32,383 bases of DNA. Origin: an uncultured Shinella sp. Its GTDB lineage: Bacteria; Pseudomonadota; Alphaproteobacteria; Rhizobiales; Rhizobiaceae. Each line of letters begins with the position of its first letter. Position 1 is the stretch's first letter. The notes beneath the pieces were generated by a model. That model did not search any database and was not told the origin of the DNA. It worked only from the letters and a program-made list of their open reading frames with translations. Below, one piece after another: positions 17,760 through 26,335 of this stretch. A program made the position numbers and the translations under genes. The stretch spans positions 1 through 32,383 of the forward strand of contig CBFGOD010000001.1 in NCBI GenBank assembly GCA_965650295.1. Direction: 5' to 3'.

Positions 17760-19982
17760 CTAGTGCTCTTTGTCGCGTCCCGTCACGTCCCAGTCGGTTC
17801 GAACCAACCGCGCATGATCTTCCATATATCGCGCGATTTCCCGCGCGCCATTTTCCCATTCGATGGCGCGGCAGCGGCCGGCGATGCGGGCGTGCTCGTT
17901 CGCATCGAGCAACTGCTCGACATGGGCCTTCACATGGGCAAGGTCGTAGTCCCGGCGCATCAGTAAACCGTGACCGGTCAGTTCAGCCCAACGCGCGCGG
18001 TTCAATTGAAGGTCCATTTCGTCAGCCTCGTTTGGCACGAAGAGCGTCGGAATGGCTCCTAAAACCTGCTCGTGGAATGCGTTGTAACCGGCCGCCGTCA
18101 CGGCCGCATCGAAAGCCCGGCTGTGGCGGAAGCTCGGGAAGAGCTCGGCGACCCTGTGGCGCGGATGCGTGGGCGCTGCGGCCGCCGCCTCGGCGGCGAT
18201 CGGTGACCGCAGGTCGAGAAGCAGCGTGTCGGGCCGTTCGAGCACGGCGTCGATGATTGCCTTGCGGACCGGCGTCATGTCGAAATTCGCACCCGAGCCA
18301 AGTTGCAGGGCGATGACCAGCAGGTCTTCCGGCAAGTCGAGAGCGGCCCGCGCTGCGGCGCGGCTCATGCGCTCGTCCGGTTCGATATGCAGCACCGGCG
18401 GCACCAGCAGCACTCGGCCGCGTTCGGCCGCCGTGGGGCCGTGATCGAAATCCTGCGCCAGTTCCGCCGGCTCGATGATGGCATCGAAATGGTGGGACAT
18501 CTCCAGGAATGTCCGATGGCTCTCGCGCCACATCGGTCGTCGCACCCACACCGAAAACGTATTCGGGAACATTCGCAGCGCCTGCACTACGCCGTCGAAG
18601 ACGGCGGTCGCGTCATAAGCGAAGACCGCGGGCTTCAGATGCGCCAGAAGGTCGAACATTTCTTCGGCAAGTGTGCGGTTCCAGTCGTCCGAATGCGCAT
18701 CCAGATGGCGATGATAGGTGAGGAAATGCGCCTGGTATCCTTCGCGGACCGCTGCCTTCATCGAGTAGGACATGGTCGCAAAGACGGATCTCAGGTCCAG
18801 TGGCAGATGCCGCGCGATGGCGAGTTGCTGTGCCAGATGCCCGACGCCGATGCCGTTGGATGAGGCAAACAGGACGTTTCGTGTCGGCAGCGGTGCGGAG
18901 ATCGCGCTGGCTTGCGACGCCGGTACGTCAAATGCCTGCCGCACCCGATCAATCCGGCCTGAATAAATTTCGGCCGAGCACATGTCGACGGCGAAGGCGC
19001 GCGCCCTTGTGCGCTGTGCCGCATAGGCGGCGGGATCGTTGACGAAGCGATCGATAACTTTTTCCACATGCGCGGGCATAGCGTAGATGGCGGCGGTCCC
19101 GAAGATCGTCTCGAAATGCGGTGGTAGTATCACCACCAGTCCGACGGCAAGCGCCTCCAGAATGGTGCGACCGAAGGCTTCGGACCATTTGTTGTCGTGA
19201 TAGTAGACGTAGAAATCCAGGCTGGCCAGGAATTCGGCGATTCCAGTCCAGGCGAAGGGAATGAGTTCCCAGTTGCCGGGAAGCGCGCCATACATGTCCT
19301 CGAGATAGTCGTCCGCCCCGAGAACCCTGATATGATACCGTTCGCCGTTGGCAGGATAGGCCCAGAGGGCCTCCTGTTTCGAAGGCCATTTCAACCGGTC
19401 GGGGCGTGAATGCCGGCCGATGACGATCGGCGTACCGATAGGGCGTGCGTCGCGCATCGGCCAATCGTCGAGATCGATCAGGTTCATCCAGTCCTGGTCG
19501 AGAAGCGAGGACTGCGGTGGCAGCGTCCGAGGCAGGCTGTAACGGACCACGCCGCTGACGGGGGCGAAGGCTGGCGCCAGTCCAAAAGAATCCTGGCAGT
19601 TGCGGCTGATGGCGGTGAGATCGTATTGCCGCGTTCCCTCGCGGTCGAACATCGGGTGATGCAGCACCATGATGAGTGCACGGGTCTCGATGCGCAGCGG
19701 CGTGCTCGGGCGGTTCGCCATGATCGTCGGATGATGGATCAAGACGATCCCCGCCCGCATCGGCACGGAGGGATCGACGCGCTCGACCACGCCATCCTCC
19801 AACAGGCTGCGGATATCCGGGTGCATCGGGAAGGGAAGTCCAAGCAGTGGTCCTTTGACCGTCATCAGCCCGCAGCGCATGCCGGCCCGCGCCGCCGCCC
19901 GCATCTCCACTGCAACCGCCGTCGACGTGCCGCCCTCAAACCGTGCATCGGCGACAAACAGGATATCGAAATCAGTGATCAT
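17760..19982 (-). CDS. Two-module glycosyltransferase: GT4-like N-half fused to MurG/GT28-like C-half, 740 aa
   Basis: ATG 19982 overlaps the upstream TGA (ATGA coupling). The N-half has ILFVAD.RF.GGTS, IGRHSR and the EX7E motif EAFGRTILE. The C-half has NVLFASSNGIGVGHL...TAAGYNAFHE..LGAIPTLFVPNE.DEMDLQ..RARWA and is homologous to 15195..16283. Confidence 0.87.
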   Translation of the reverse strand: MITDFDILFVADARFEGGTSTAVAVEMRAAARAGMRCGLMTVKGPLLGLPFPMHPDIRSLLEDGVVERVDPSVPMRAGIVLIHHPTIMANRPSTPLRIETRALIMVLHHPMFDREGTRQYDLTAISRNCQDSFGLAPAFAPVSGVVRYSLPRTLPPQSSLLDQDWMNLIDLDDWPMRDARPIGTPIVIGRHSRPDRLKWPSKQEALWAYPANGERYHIRVLGADDYLEDMYGALPGNWELIPFAWTGIAEFLASLDFYVYYHDNKWSEAFGRTILEALAVGLVVILPPHFETIFGTAAIYAMPAHVEKVIDRFVNDPAAYAAQRTRARAFAVDMCSAEIYSGRIDRVRQAFDVPASQASAISAPLPTRNVLFASSNGIGVGHLAQQLAIARHLPLDLRSVFATMSYSMKAAVREGYQAHFLTYHRHLDAHSDDWNRTLAEEMFDLLAHLKPAVFAYDATAVFDGVVQALRMFPNTFSVWVRRPMWRESHRTFLEMSHHFDAIIEPAELAQDFDHGPTAAERGRVLLVPPVLHIEPDERMSRAAARAALDLPEDLLVIALQLGSGANFDMTPVRKAIIDAVLERPDTLLLDLRSPIAAEAAAAAPTHPRHRVAELFPSFRHSRAFDAAVTAAGYNAFHEQVLGAIPTLFVPNEADEMDLQLNRARWAELTGHGLLMRRDYDLAHVKAHVEQLLDANEHARIAGRCRAIEWENGAREIARYMEDHARLVRTDWDVTGRDKEH

Positions 19983-20437
19983 GCCGCGCCACCCCCTGTC
20001 CGGCCGTTGGGCGCCGACGCGAGATAGTTTTCGGCATTCTGCCCATAGGCAAGAACATGCGCCGGCCGCCATTTGGTCAAAAGCAGCTTCCACCGACCCC
20101 TGAGATAACTTTCCCAGTTCATACTCTCCAGGTGCATGCGCTGCTCATGTATCGGCGGCAGATATTCGAACATGACGCCCTGATGGCGAAAGCGCATGAA
20201 GTCGAGGTCGTCGGTGATATAGACCAGGCGGTGGGTGCCTGAAAATTTGGCCTTCGTCACAGTGATGATTTCATCGATATGAGCAGGATCGACGCCGAGA
20301 ACAGTAATCATCACCACGGAGATATCAGGCTGCGAGGCGTAGATGTAAACCGATCCAGGTTCTGGATCTCCCGCTCTCGAATGGTCTTCTTTCTTTAAAT
20401 GCAAAAGCCATTTCGTGATCAGGCTCAATTTTCGCAC
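19979..20437 (-). CDS. Hypothetical protein, ~152 aa (paralog of 14757..15185)
   Basis: LVYITDDLDFMRFRHQGVMFEYLP..EQRMHLESMNWESYLRGRWKLLLTKWRP...AYGQN aligns with the paralog. Translationally coupled to the GT. Confidence 0.82.
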   Translation of the reverse strand: MRKLSLITKWLLHLKKEDHSRAGDPEPGSVYIYASQPDISVVMITVLGVDPAHIDEIITVTKAKFSGTHRLVYITDDLDFMRFRHQGVMFEYLPPIHEQRMHLESMNWESYLRGRWKLLLTKWRPAHVLAYGQNAENYLASAPNGRTGGGAA

Positions 20438-20549
20438 CCCGGCAAAGCAGATCTGTATTATTTAAATCATGCGCGCCGAGGGCCGTAAACTGTCTTCCGC
20501 AAAGCCCTCTCTTATGTCCGCATCGGCTCTCCGGTGTTTGACATCTGCA

Positions 20550-22112
20550 TCAGTTCACGCCGCGGTAAACGATGCCTCGTGCCAGCCAGCAGCCGACGAC
20601 AAGACCCGTTACCGCGCCGCCCGAGTCTCGCTGGATCAAGACCGTCCAGTCGCCGGGGGCGGCGGCGTCCAGGGCGCGGCGGCTGGTGATGACAAAGACG
20701 TCTTGCGCCAATGCATACATTCGCTCCATCGGCCCCTTGCCATAGAGCCCCTCGAAGACGGCGAAGGCGGCGCCATCTCGCACCTCGATTTCCATGAAGG
20801 CATCGAGTTCGTCGGACCGGTAGCGCCCCGCGATCGGTGTGGCGTCCACCCACTCCACCGGCTCAAGCCGGCGTGCCGTCACGGTAAGGTTTTCGCTTTG
20901 CCGCTCCATGACGAGATGGCCGTCTTCCCTGCGCAGGCTGAAACCCTGCCCACGCGCCACGCCGTCCGCCGTTACGGTCGCCAGTGCGGAAGACGGGCCG
21001 TACCACAGCTTCACGCCGCCGGCATCCGCGGATGTGCGCACGATAAGCCCCTGCGCCTCATCCAGCCACAACCCGTCCCAATCCGTTGACGGAATGGTCT
21101 CGGTGCGGTTCTCGCGGCCGAGCGCGGCATCGGCGAGTGCGGCAGCCGCCGCGAAGCCGCTTGCCCCATGATTGAACATGACGACCACGGACAGGCGTTC
21201 CGCCGCGACATGCATGCGATAGGAACTGAACCCGCGCAGGCCGCCGCCATGGCCGGTGAATTCGAGGCCGTTATAGACGTCCCGCCGGAGGCCGTAGGCA
21301 TAGGTCGCGGGCGTGCCATCCGCGTAGAAGGCGGGTGCTGAGAGGCGATTGTAGAGACCGTCAGGCGCGTCTCGCGTGGCGTCGATATGGCATTCCCATG
21401 CGAGCATGTCATCGAGCGAGGCGGCAATGCCGGCATCGCCGAACCAGTAGATGCCATTGTCGGCCGGCAGGAAGCCGGTATCGTCATTTCCTTCATAGCC
21501 GACGACGCCATCAACTGGCACGCGCGTATTCGCAGACAGGACGGCCGTGGACATTCCGGCCGGCGCAAACAGCCTCTCCCGGAGAAGGTCGGCATAGGCA
21601 CGGCCGGTGCCGCGCTCGATAAGCTCGCCGAGGATACGGAAATTACCGTTGCTGTAGGAGTAATGTGCGCCGGCGGGAAAGTGCCCGGTCTTTGCGCTGG
21701 CGATGAGGGGCAGGGCATCCTCGCGACGGAATTCGGTTTCCGGATAGGCGCCGTGCAGCACGGTCAGCGCCCAATAGTCACGCAGGCCCGACTGGTTATG
21801 GCAGAGTTCGGCAATGGTCGGCAGTCGGTCGCGATAGTCTGGAAGATAGTCGCGCACCTTATCGTCCAGCGCGGCGGGATCGCCGAACTGGTCGAGCAGC
21901 AGCGCGCAGGTGAACTGTTTCGAGATCGAACAGATCGGCAAGCGTGTTTGCGCCGTCATCGGCAAGCGGCGATACATGTCGGCAAAACCCCAGGCGCGGC
22001 GCGCCACGACCTTGCCGTCCTTGACGATGCCAGCCACGCCTCCCGGTCCGCGAAAACGAAGGGGAAGGCGGTTCAGCGCCCGGTCGAGCGCCGCGGTATC
22101 GAGCATCGTCAT
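20550..22112 (-). CDS. dap: D-aminopeptidase (serine beta-lactamase fold, family S12)
   Basis: ICSISKQF (SxxK), YSYSNGN (YxN) and TGHGGG motifs, plus the C-terminal extension (SRRALDAAAPGDWT...GCWLAR) characteristic of Ochrobactrum-type Dap. 520 aa, no signal peptide. Confidence 0.88.
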   Translation of the reverse strand: MTMLDTAALDRALNRLPLRFRGPGGVAGIVKDGKVVARRAWGFADMYRRLPMTAQTRLPICSISKQFTCALLLDQFGDPAALDDKVRDYLPDYRDRLPTIAELCHNQSGLRDYWALTVLHGAYPETEFRREDALPLIASAKTGHFPAGAHYSYSNGNFRILGELIERGTGRAYADLLRERLFAPAGMSTAVLSANTRVPVDGVVGYEGNDDTGFLPADNGIYWFGDAGIAASLDDMLAWECHIDATRDAPDGLYNRLSAPAFYADGTPATYAYGLRRDVYNGLEFTGHGGGLRGFSSYRMHVAAERLSVVVMFNHGASGFAAAAALADAALGRENRTETIPSTDWDGLWLDEAQGLIVRTSADAGGVKLWYGPSSALATVTADGVARGQGFSLRREDGHLVMERQSENLTVTARRLEPVEWVDATPIAGRYRSDELDAFMEIEVRDGAAFAVFEGLYGKGPMERMYALAQDVFVITSRRALDAAAPGDWTVLIQRDSGGAVTGLVVGCWLARGIVYRGVN

Positions 22113-22124
22113 CGTTCTACCCTG

Positions 22125-22637
22125 TCAATCCGCCGAACGGAACTCGAGATGCGTCCCGGGTTCGGCACGGGCAAGAAACGCCAGCAGATCGCCCTTGGCA
22201 AGAGCCGCGCAGCCTTCCGTGGGGGAATAATCCGGGCGGGCTATGTGCAGGAAAATGGCACTGCCGGCGCCGGGAACCGGCGGATCGTCATTGTGGCCGA
22301 GCACGACGACGATGTCGTAGAGATCGTCCTGCCGCCACATCTCTTCATGGCTTGCCGCGAAAGGGCGGGTGACGGGGCGGTTATAGTCTGCGTGGGCAGG
22401 ATCATCGCACCAGCCGTCCATCTCCGCGATTGCCTGCGTCGGGAAGGGCGACACCGGTTTTTCGATGCGGTCCGGGCGATAATATACCCTGCGGATCGGC
22501 CATCGACCGATGGGACTGACGCCATCGCCTTCCATCTTCTCCAGCTGTATGCCGCTGCGCCCCACGGCCGAGCGCCAGATCCGGTCGCCGTAGCATGCCT
22601 GCCAGCGCTCGCCGTCCGAGGTCACGATCAGATCCAT
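22125..22637 (-). CDS. YkuD-family L,D-transpeptidase/carboxypeptidase-like protein, 170 aa
   Basis: ATG 22637 with AAAGGA SD. Motifs GRSG...K.EGDG.SP.G, WCDDP...DYN and GSAIFLH-x11-C (TEGC) His/Cys dyad. No signal peptide. Confidence 0.88.
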   Translation of the reverse strand: MDLIVTSDGERWQACYGDRIWRSAVGRSGIQLEKMEGDGVSPIGRWPIRRVYYRPDRIEKPVSPFPTQAIAEMDGWCDDPAHADYNRPVTRPFAASHEEMWRQDDLYDIVVVLGHNDDPPVPGAGSAIFLHIARPDYSPTEGCAALAKGDLLAFLARAEPGTHLEFRSAD

Positions 22638-22729
22638 AGGCGTTCCTTTGCGGTCCATGGGAAACGGCGGGCCGCAAGGATATGCGGATCGGTGAGACAG
22701 CTTAGCCGCTGTCTCACCCATTTCAATGG

Positions 22730-24103
22730 TCAGCCGAGAATGCTCTTCACTGCCTCGGCCGCGGCCTTCACGACGATGTCTGCCTCTTCGCGAGTAAGGC
22801 AAAGCGGTGGCGCGAAGCCGAGGATATCGCCTTGCGGCATCGCACGACCGATGATGCCGCGTTCGAGAAGGGCGGCGGAGACCTGCGGGCCGATCTTTTT
22901 GCCCGGATCGAAGAAGACGCGGTCGTCCTTGTCCTCGACGAATTCGATTGCTGCCATCAGGCCGTCACCACGCACGTCGCCGACATGCTTGTGATCGCCG
23001 ACGGCCTTGGCGAGCTCGCTGCGGAAATAGGCGCCCGTCGAACCGGCATTTTCGACGAGGCCGAGTTCGTCGATCAGTTCGAGATTGGCGACGCCGGCGG
23101 CGGCGCAGATCGGATGCGAGGAGTAGGTCCAGCCATGGCCGATGGCGCCGAGTTCATCCGAACCCTTGACGAGCACATCCCATACCTTGTCCGAGACGAT
23201 GGTGCCGGAGAGGGGCGCGTAGGCCGAAGTCAGACCCTTAGCGATGGTGATAAGCGCCGGTTTCATGCCGTAATGATCCGAGCCGAACATCGTGCCGAGG
23301 CGCCCGAAGCCGGTGACGACCTCGTCGGCGACGAGCAGGATGTCGTATTTGTCGAGCACGGCCTGGATTTTCTGCCAATAGCCCTTCGGCGGCGGCACGA
23401 TGCCGCCGGTGCCCAGGATCGGCTCGCCGATGAAGGCGGCAACAGTCTCCGGCCCTTCGGCAAGGATCATCTCTTCCAGCTTGTCGGCGCAATATTGCGA
23501 GAATTGTTCCTCGTTCATCGTGTGGTCCGGCCGACGGAAGAAGTAGGGAGCCTCCGTATGCAGGATCGGCGCGCGCGGCAGGTCGAAGGCATTGTGGAAG
23601 AGATGGAGGCCGGTCAGGGAGCCGGTCATGACGCCCGAGCCGTGATAGCCGCGCCAGCGGGAGATGATCTTCTTCTTCTCCGGGCGGCCGAGAATGTTGT
23701 TGTAGTACCAGATCAGCTTGATGTTGGTCTCGTTGGCATCCGAGCCGGAAAGGCCGAAATAGACGCGGCTCATGCCTTCGGGCGCGCGGTCGATGATCAT
23801 CTTGGAGAGCGTGATCGACGCTTCCGTGCCGTGGCCGACATAGGCGTGGTAGTAGGCAAGGTTCTTCGCCTGCTCGGCAATCGCATCGGCGATCTTCTGG
23901 CGGCCATAGCCGACATTGACGCAGTAGAGGCCGGCAAAGGCATCGAGGCTCGTCTTGCCGGTTGTATCCGTGATGTAGACGCCTTCGCCGCCGCCGATGA
24001 CGCGTGTCGGCGTCTCGCCGCGGGCGTGCATGCCCATATGGGTCGAGGGGTGGAAGAAATGGTCGCGGTCCCAGGCGGTGAGTTCGTTGCGTCCGTCGGA
24101 CAT
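22730..24103 (-). CDS. doeD: L-2,4-diaminobutyrate transaminase (class III PLP aminotransferase) of ectoine catabolism
   Basis: Motifs AGLYCVNVGYG, SGSDANE, RGYHGS, ADEVVTGFGRLG, IAKGLTS and GHGWTY. Context in the ectoine catabolic cluster. Confidence 0.88.
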   Translation of the reverse strand: MSDGRNELTAWDRDHFFHPSTHMGMHARGETPTRVIGGGEGVYITDTTGKTSLDAFAGLYCVNVGYGRQKIADAIAEQAKNLAYYHAYVGHGTEASITLSKMIIDRAPEGMSRVYFGLSGSDANETNIKLIWYYNNILGRPEKKKIISRWRGYHGSGVMTGSLTGLHLFHNAFDLPRAPILHTEAPYFFRRPDHTMNEEQFSQYCADKLEEMILAEGPETVAAFIGEPILGTGGIVPPPKGYWQKIQAVLDKYDILLVADEVVTGFGRLGTMFGSDHYGMKPALITIAKGLTSAYAPLSGTIVSDKVWDVLVKGSDELGAIGHGWTYSSHPICAAAGVANLELIDELGLVENAGSTGAYFRSELAKAVGDHKHVGDVRGDGLMAAIEFVEDKDDRVFFDPGKKIGPQVSAALLERGIIGRAMPQGDILGFAPPLCLTREEADIVVKAAAEAVKSILG

Positions 24104-24135
24104 GGTCTTTCCTTTCGATGTTGCTGGCGCCGGGA

Positions 24136-25632
24136 TCAGGCGGCCGTGTCGATGCAGAGATATTTGAGTTCGGTGAAGGCCTCCATGCCGTGGCGCGAGC
24201 CCTCGCGGCCGAGACCGGATTGTTTCCAGCCCCCGAAGGGGATCGGCCCGCCGGTGATCTTCACCCGGTTGATCGCCACCATGCCGTATTCCAGCGCGCG
24301 GGCAAGGCGCATCTGGCGGGCGCCGTTTTCGGTGACGACATAGGCGACGAGGCCGTATTCGGTGTCGTTGGCGCGGGAGACCACTTCGGCCTCGCTGTCG
24401 AAAGCCGTGACGGCGGCGACGGGGCCGAAGGTTTCCTCGCGCATGATGAGCGCGTCATTCGGGACATCGGTCAGAAGCGTCGGTTCGAAGAAGAGCGGGC
24501 CGGCCTTGTGGCGCTTGCCGCCGGTCAGCAGCTTTGCGCCGCGGTTCAGCGCATCGGCCACCTGTTCCTCCACCTTGGCGATGGCACGTTCATGCATCAG
24601 CGGGCCGATTTCGACGTCGGCCTCCAGCCCGGCGCCGACCTTCAGGGTCGCGATGCGCGTCTTGAAAGCCGTGTTGAATGCCGCGAGCGCGGAACGTTCG
24701 ACATAGATGCGGTTGGCGGCGAGGCAATCCTGCCCCGATGTCGCAAATTTCGCGTTGACCGCGATATCGGCCGCCTTGTCGATATCGGCATCGGCGAAGA
24801 CGATCAGCGGGGCATGGCCGCCGAGCTCCATCACTAGGCGCTTCATGGTGGGCGCGCACTGGCCGGCGATCAGCTTGCCGATCTCGGTCGAGCCGGTGAA
24901 GCTCATGGCGCGGATACCGGGATCGGCGCTCATTTGTCCGACGATGTTTGCGGCATTGCCCGTGACGACATTGAAAACGCCGGCGGGAAAGCCGGCCCGC
25001 TCGCCGAGTTCTGCAAGCGCAAGCGCGGAGAGCGGCGTTTCGCTGGAGGGATGGGCAACGACGGTGCAGCCGGCGGCAAGCGCTGCGGCCGCCTTGCGGG
25101 TGATCATCGCGGAGGGGAAATTCCACGGCGTCACGATGCCGACGACGCCGAGCGCCTCGCGCCGTACGATCATCTCGGCGCCTGGCAGGTGGCTCGTCAC
25201 GTTTTCCGCGTTCAGGCGTTTTCCTTCCTCGGCATACCATTCGACGAAGGAGGCGGCGTAGTCGATCTCGCCGCGGGATTCCGCGATCGGCTTGCCCTGT
25301 TCCAGTGTCATCAGCAAGGCGAGATCTTCGCGGTGCTCCAGCATCAGGTCGTGCCATCTGCGCAGGATTTTCGCGCGCTGCTGCGGCAGCATATCCCGCC
25401 ATGCGGCGAAGGCGTCCGCTGCGGCGGTGATGGCGTCCGTGGTCTGATCGCCATCGAGCGCGGCAACCCAGGCCAGGGGCGCAGAGGAAGCGGGGTCGGT
25501 CACCTTGAAACTCGCGCCATCGCGGCCGGCGACCCAGCGGCCGCCGACAAAGGAAAGCTCGCGCAGCAGATGCGGATCGGCAAGGCGGGCAAGCGCGTCG
25601 TGAAAGGTCGGGCGGGCAAATAGGGCGGTCAC
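24136..25632 (-). CDS. doeC: NAD(P)-dependent aspartate/succinate-semialdehyde dehydrogenase of ectoine catabolism
   Basis: GTG 25632 with GAGGAGG SD. ALDH motifs PWNFP, FTGST, MELGGHAP, GQDC, EETFGP and PFGGWKQSG.GREG. Confidence 0.88.
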   Translation of the reverse strand: MTALFARPTFHDALARLADPHLLRELSFVGGRWVAGRDGASFKVTDPASSAPLAWVAALDGDQTTDAITAAADAFAAWRDMLPQQRAKILRRWHDLMLEHREDLALLMTLEQGKPIAESRGEIDYAASFVEWYAEEGKRLNAENVTSHLPGAEMIVRREALGVVGIVTPWNFPSAMITRKAAAALAAGCTVVAHPSSETPLSALALAELGERAGFPAGVFNVVTGNAANIVGQMSADPGIRAMSFTGSTEIGKLIAGQCAPTMKRLVMELGGHAPLIVFADADIDKAADIAVNAKFATSGQDCLAANRIYVERSALAAFNTAFKTRIATLKVGAGLEADVEIGPLMHERAIAKVEEQVADALNRGAKLLTGGKRHKAGPLFFEPTLLTDVPNDALIMREETFGPVAAVTAFDSEAEVVSRANDTEYGLVAYVVTENGARQMRLARALEYGMVAINRVKITGGPIPFGGWKQSGLGREGSRHGMEAFTELKYLCIDTAA

Positions 25633-25681
25633 GGCAGCCTCCTCTGGCGGTGTTGGAGGAGTCTGCCAGATGAACGGCGTC

Positions 25682-25748
25682 AGATTGTCTATTGCCGGGG
25701 CCGGAGGCAGAGATTTTGGCCAAAGGTGCGGGCGGCCGTAGACAATCT
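25682..25748. promoter_or_regulatory. 10-bp inverted repeat upstream of doeC, candidate regulator site
   Basis: AGATTGTCTA (25682-25691) and its exact reverse complement TAGACAATCT (25739-25748), with a related AGATTTT at 25711. Confidence 0.45.
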
Positions 25749-25750
25749 CT

Positions 25751-26233
25751 CTATTCGGAGGCGGGCAGCAGCGCTGCAAGCGGCAGCACTGTCTCTTCCT
25801 TCACCGTCTTGGTGACGATGTAGGTGAAGTAGCGATCGATGCCGAGTTCGCGGTCGAGCAGGCTATCGACGAGACGCTGATAGGCGTCGATATCGGCGGC
25901 CATGATCTTCAGGATGTAATCGACGCCGCCGCCGACAGACCAGCAGGCCACGATTTCGGGTGTTGCAGCAACCGCGCGCTCGAAGCGCTCGAAATCCACC
26001 TGTCGATGATTGGAAAGCGTCACCTCCATCATGACGCTGGCGACCGGCGCGATACGGCGCACCGCGACACGGGCATGATAGCCCGAAACGATCCCCGCCT
26101 TTTCCAGTTTGCGCAGGCGCAGCCAGCAAGGTGTGGGCGAGAGGCCTGCCTTTTCCGCGAGCGCCAGTTTGGTGATGCGCCCGTTCTCCTGAATGGCCTC
26201 CAGGATGCGCAGGTCGATGGCGTCGAGTTTCAT
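25751..26233 (-). CDS. doeX: Lrp/AsnC-family transcriptional regulator
   Basis: MKLDAIDLRILEAIQENGRIT..ALAEKAGLS.TPC..RLRKLE..GIV.GY HTH and a C-terminal RAM domain (SVGGGVDYILK). GGAGG SD. Located upstream of doeC. Confidence 0.88.
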   Translation of the reverse strand: MKLDAIDLRILEAIQENGRITKLALAEKAGLSPTPCWLRLRKLEKAGIVSGYHARVAVRRIAPVASVMMEVTLSNHRQVDFERFERAVAATPEIVACWSVGGGVDYILKIMAADIDAYQRLVDSLLDRELGIDRYFTYIVTKTVKEETVLPLAALLPASE

Positions 26234-26335
26234 GCGGTCGCCCTCCGGGCGGGGATCGTGTGGAACGAGGGAAAAAGACAATGGAAAGGCATTTTGGCGT
26301 TGTCAATTGAACTGAATTTGAGCACTGTTGAAATC

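Noticed and set aside
16284..17859. Radical SAM as a RiPP maturase with a nearby precursor peptide
   Set aside because: No credible small ORF in the 64-bp or 107-bp flanking gaps, and no RRE/PqqD domain, peptidase or exporter nearby; the context is glycosyltransferases.
19983..20093. 777-aa version of the GT fusion
   Set aside because: The extension overlaps the upstream paralog gene; ATGA coupling at 19979-19982 marks the likely start.
21387..24343. Long plus-strand ORFs 21387..22994 (535 aa) and 22832..24343 (503 aa)
   Set aside because: Antisense to dap/ykuD/doeD with no recognisable motifs; expected in high-GC DNA.
26295..26311. TGGC...TTGA as a sigma54 promoter upstream of ehuR
   Set aside because: Spacing and the -12 dinucleotide do not fit GG-N10-GC.
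25633..26335. Extended starts for doeC (25779), doeX (26281) and ehuR (26006)
   Set aside because: The doeC and ehuR extensions overlap doeX and none has family motifs. The downstream starts match family N-termini, and doeC and doeX have good SD sequences there.
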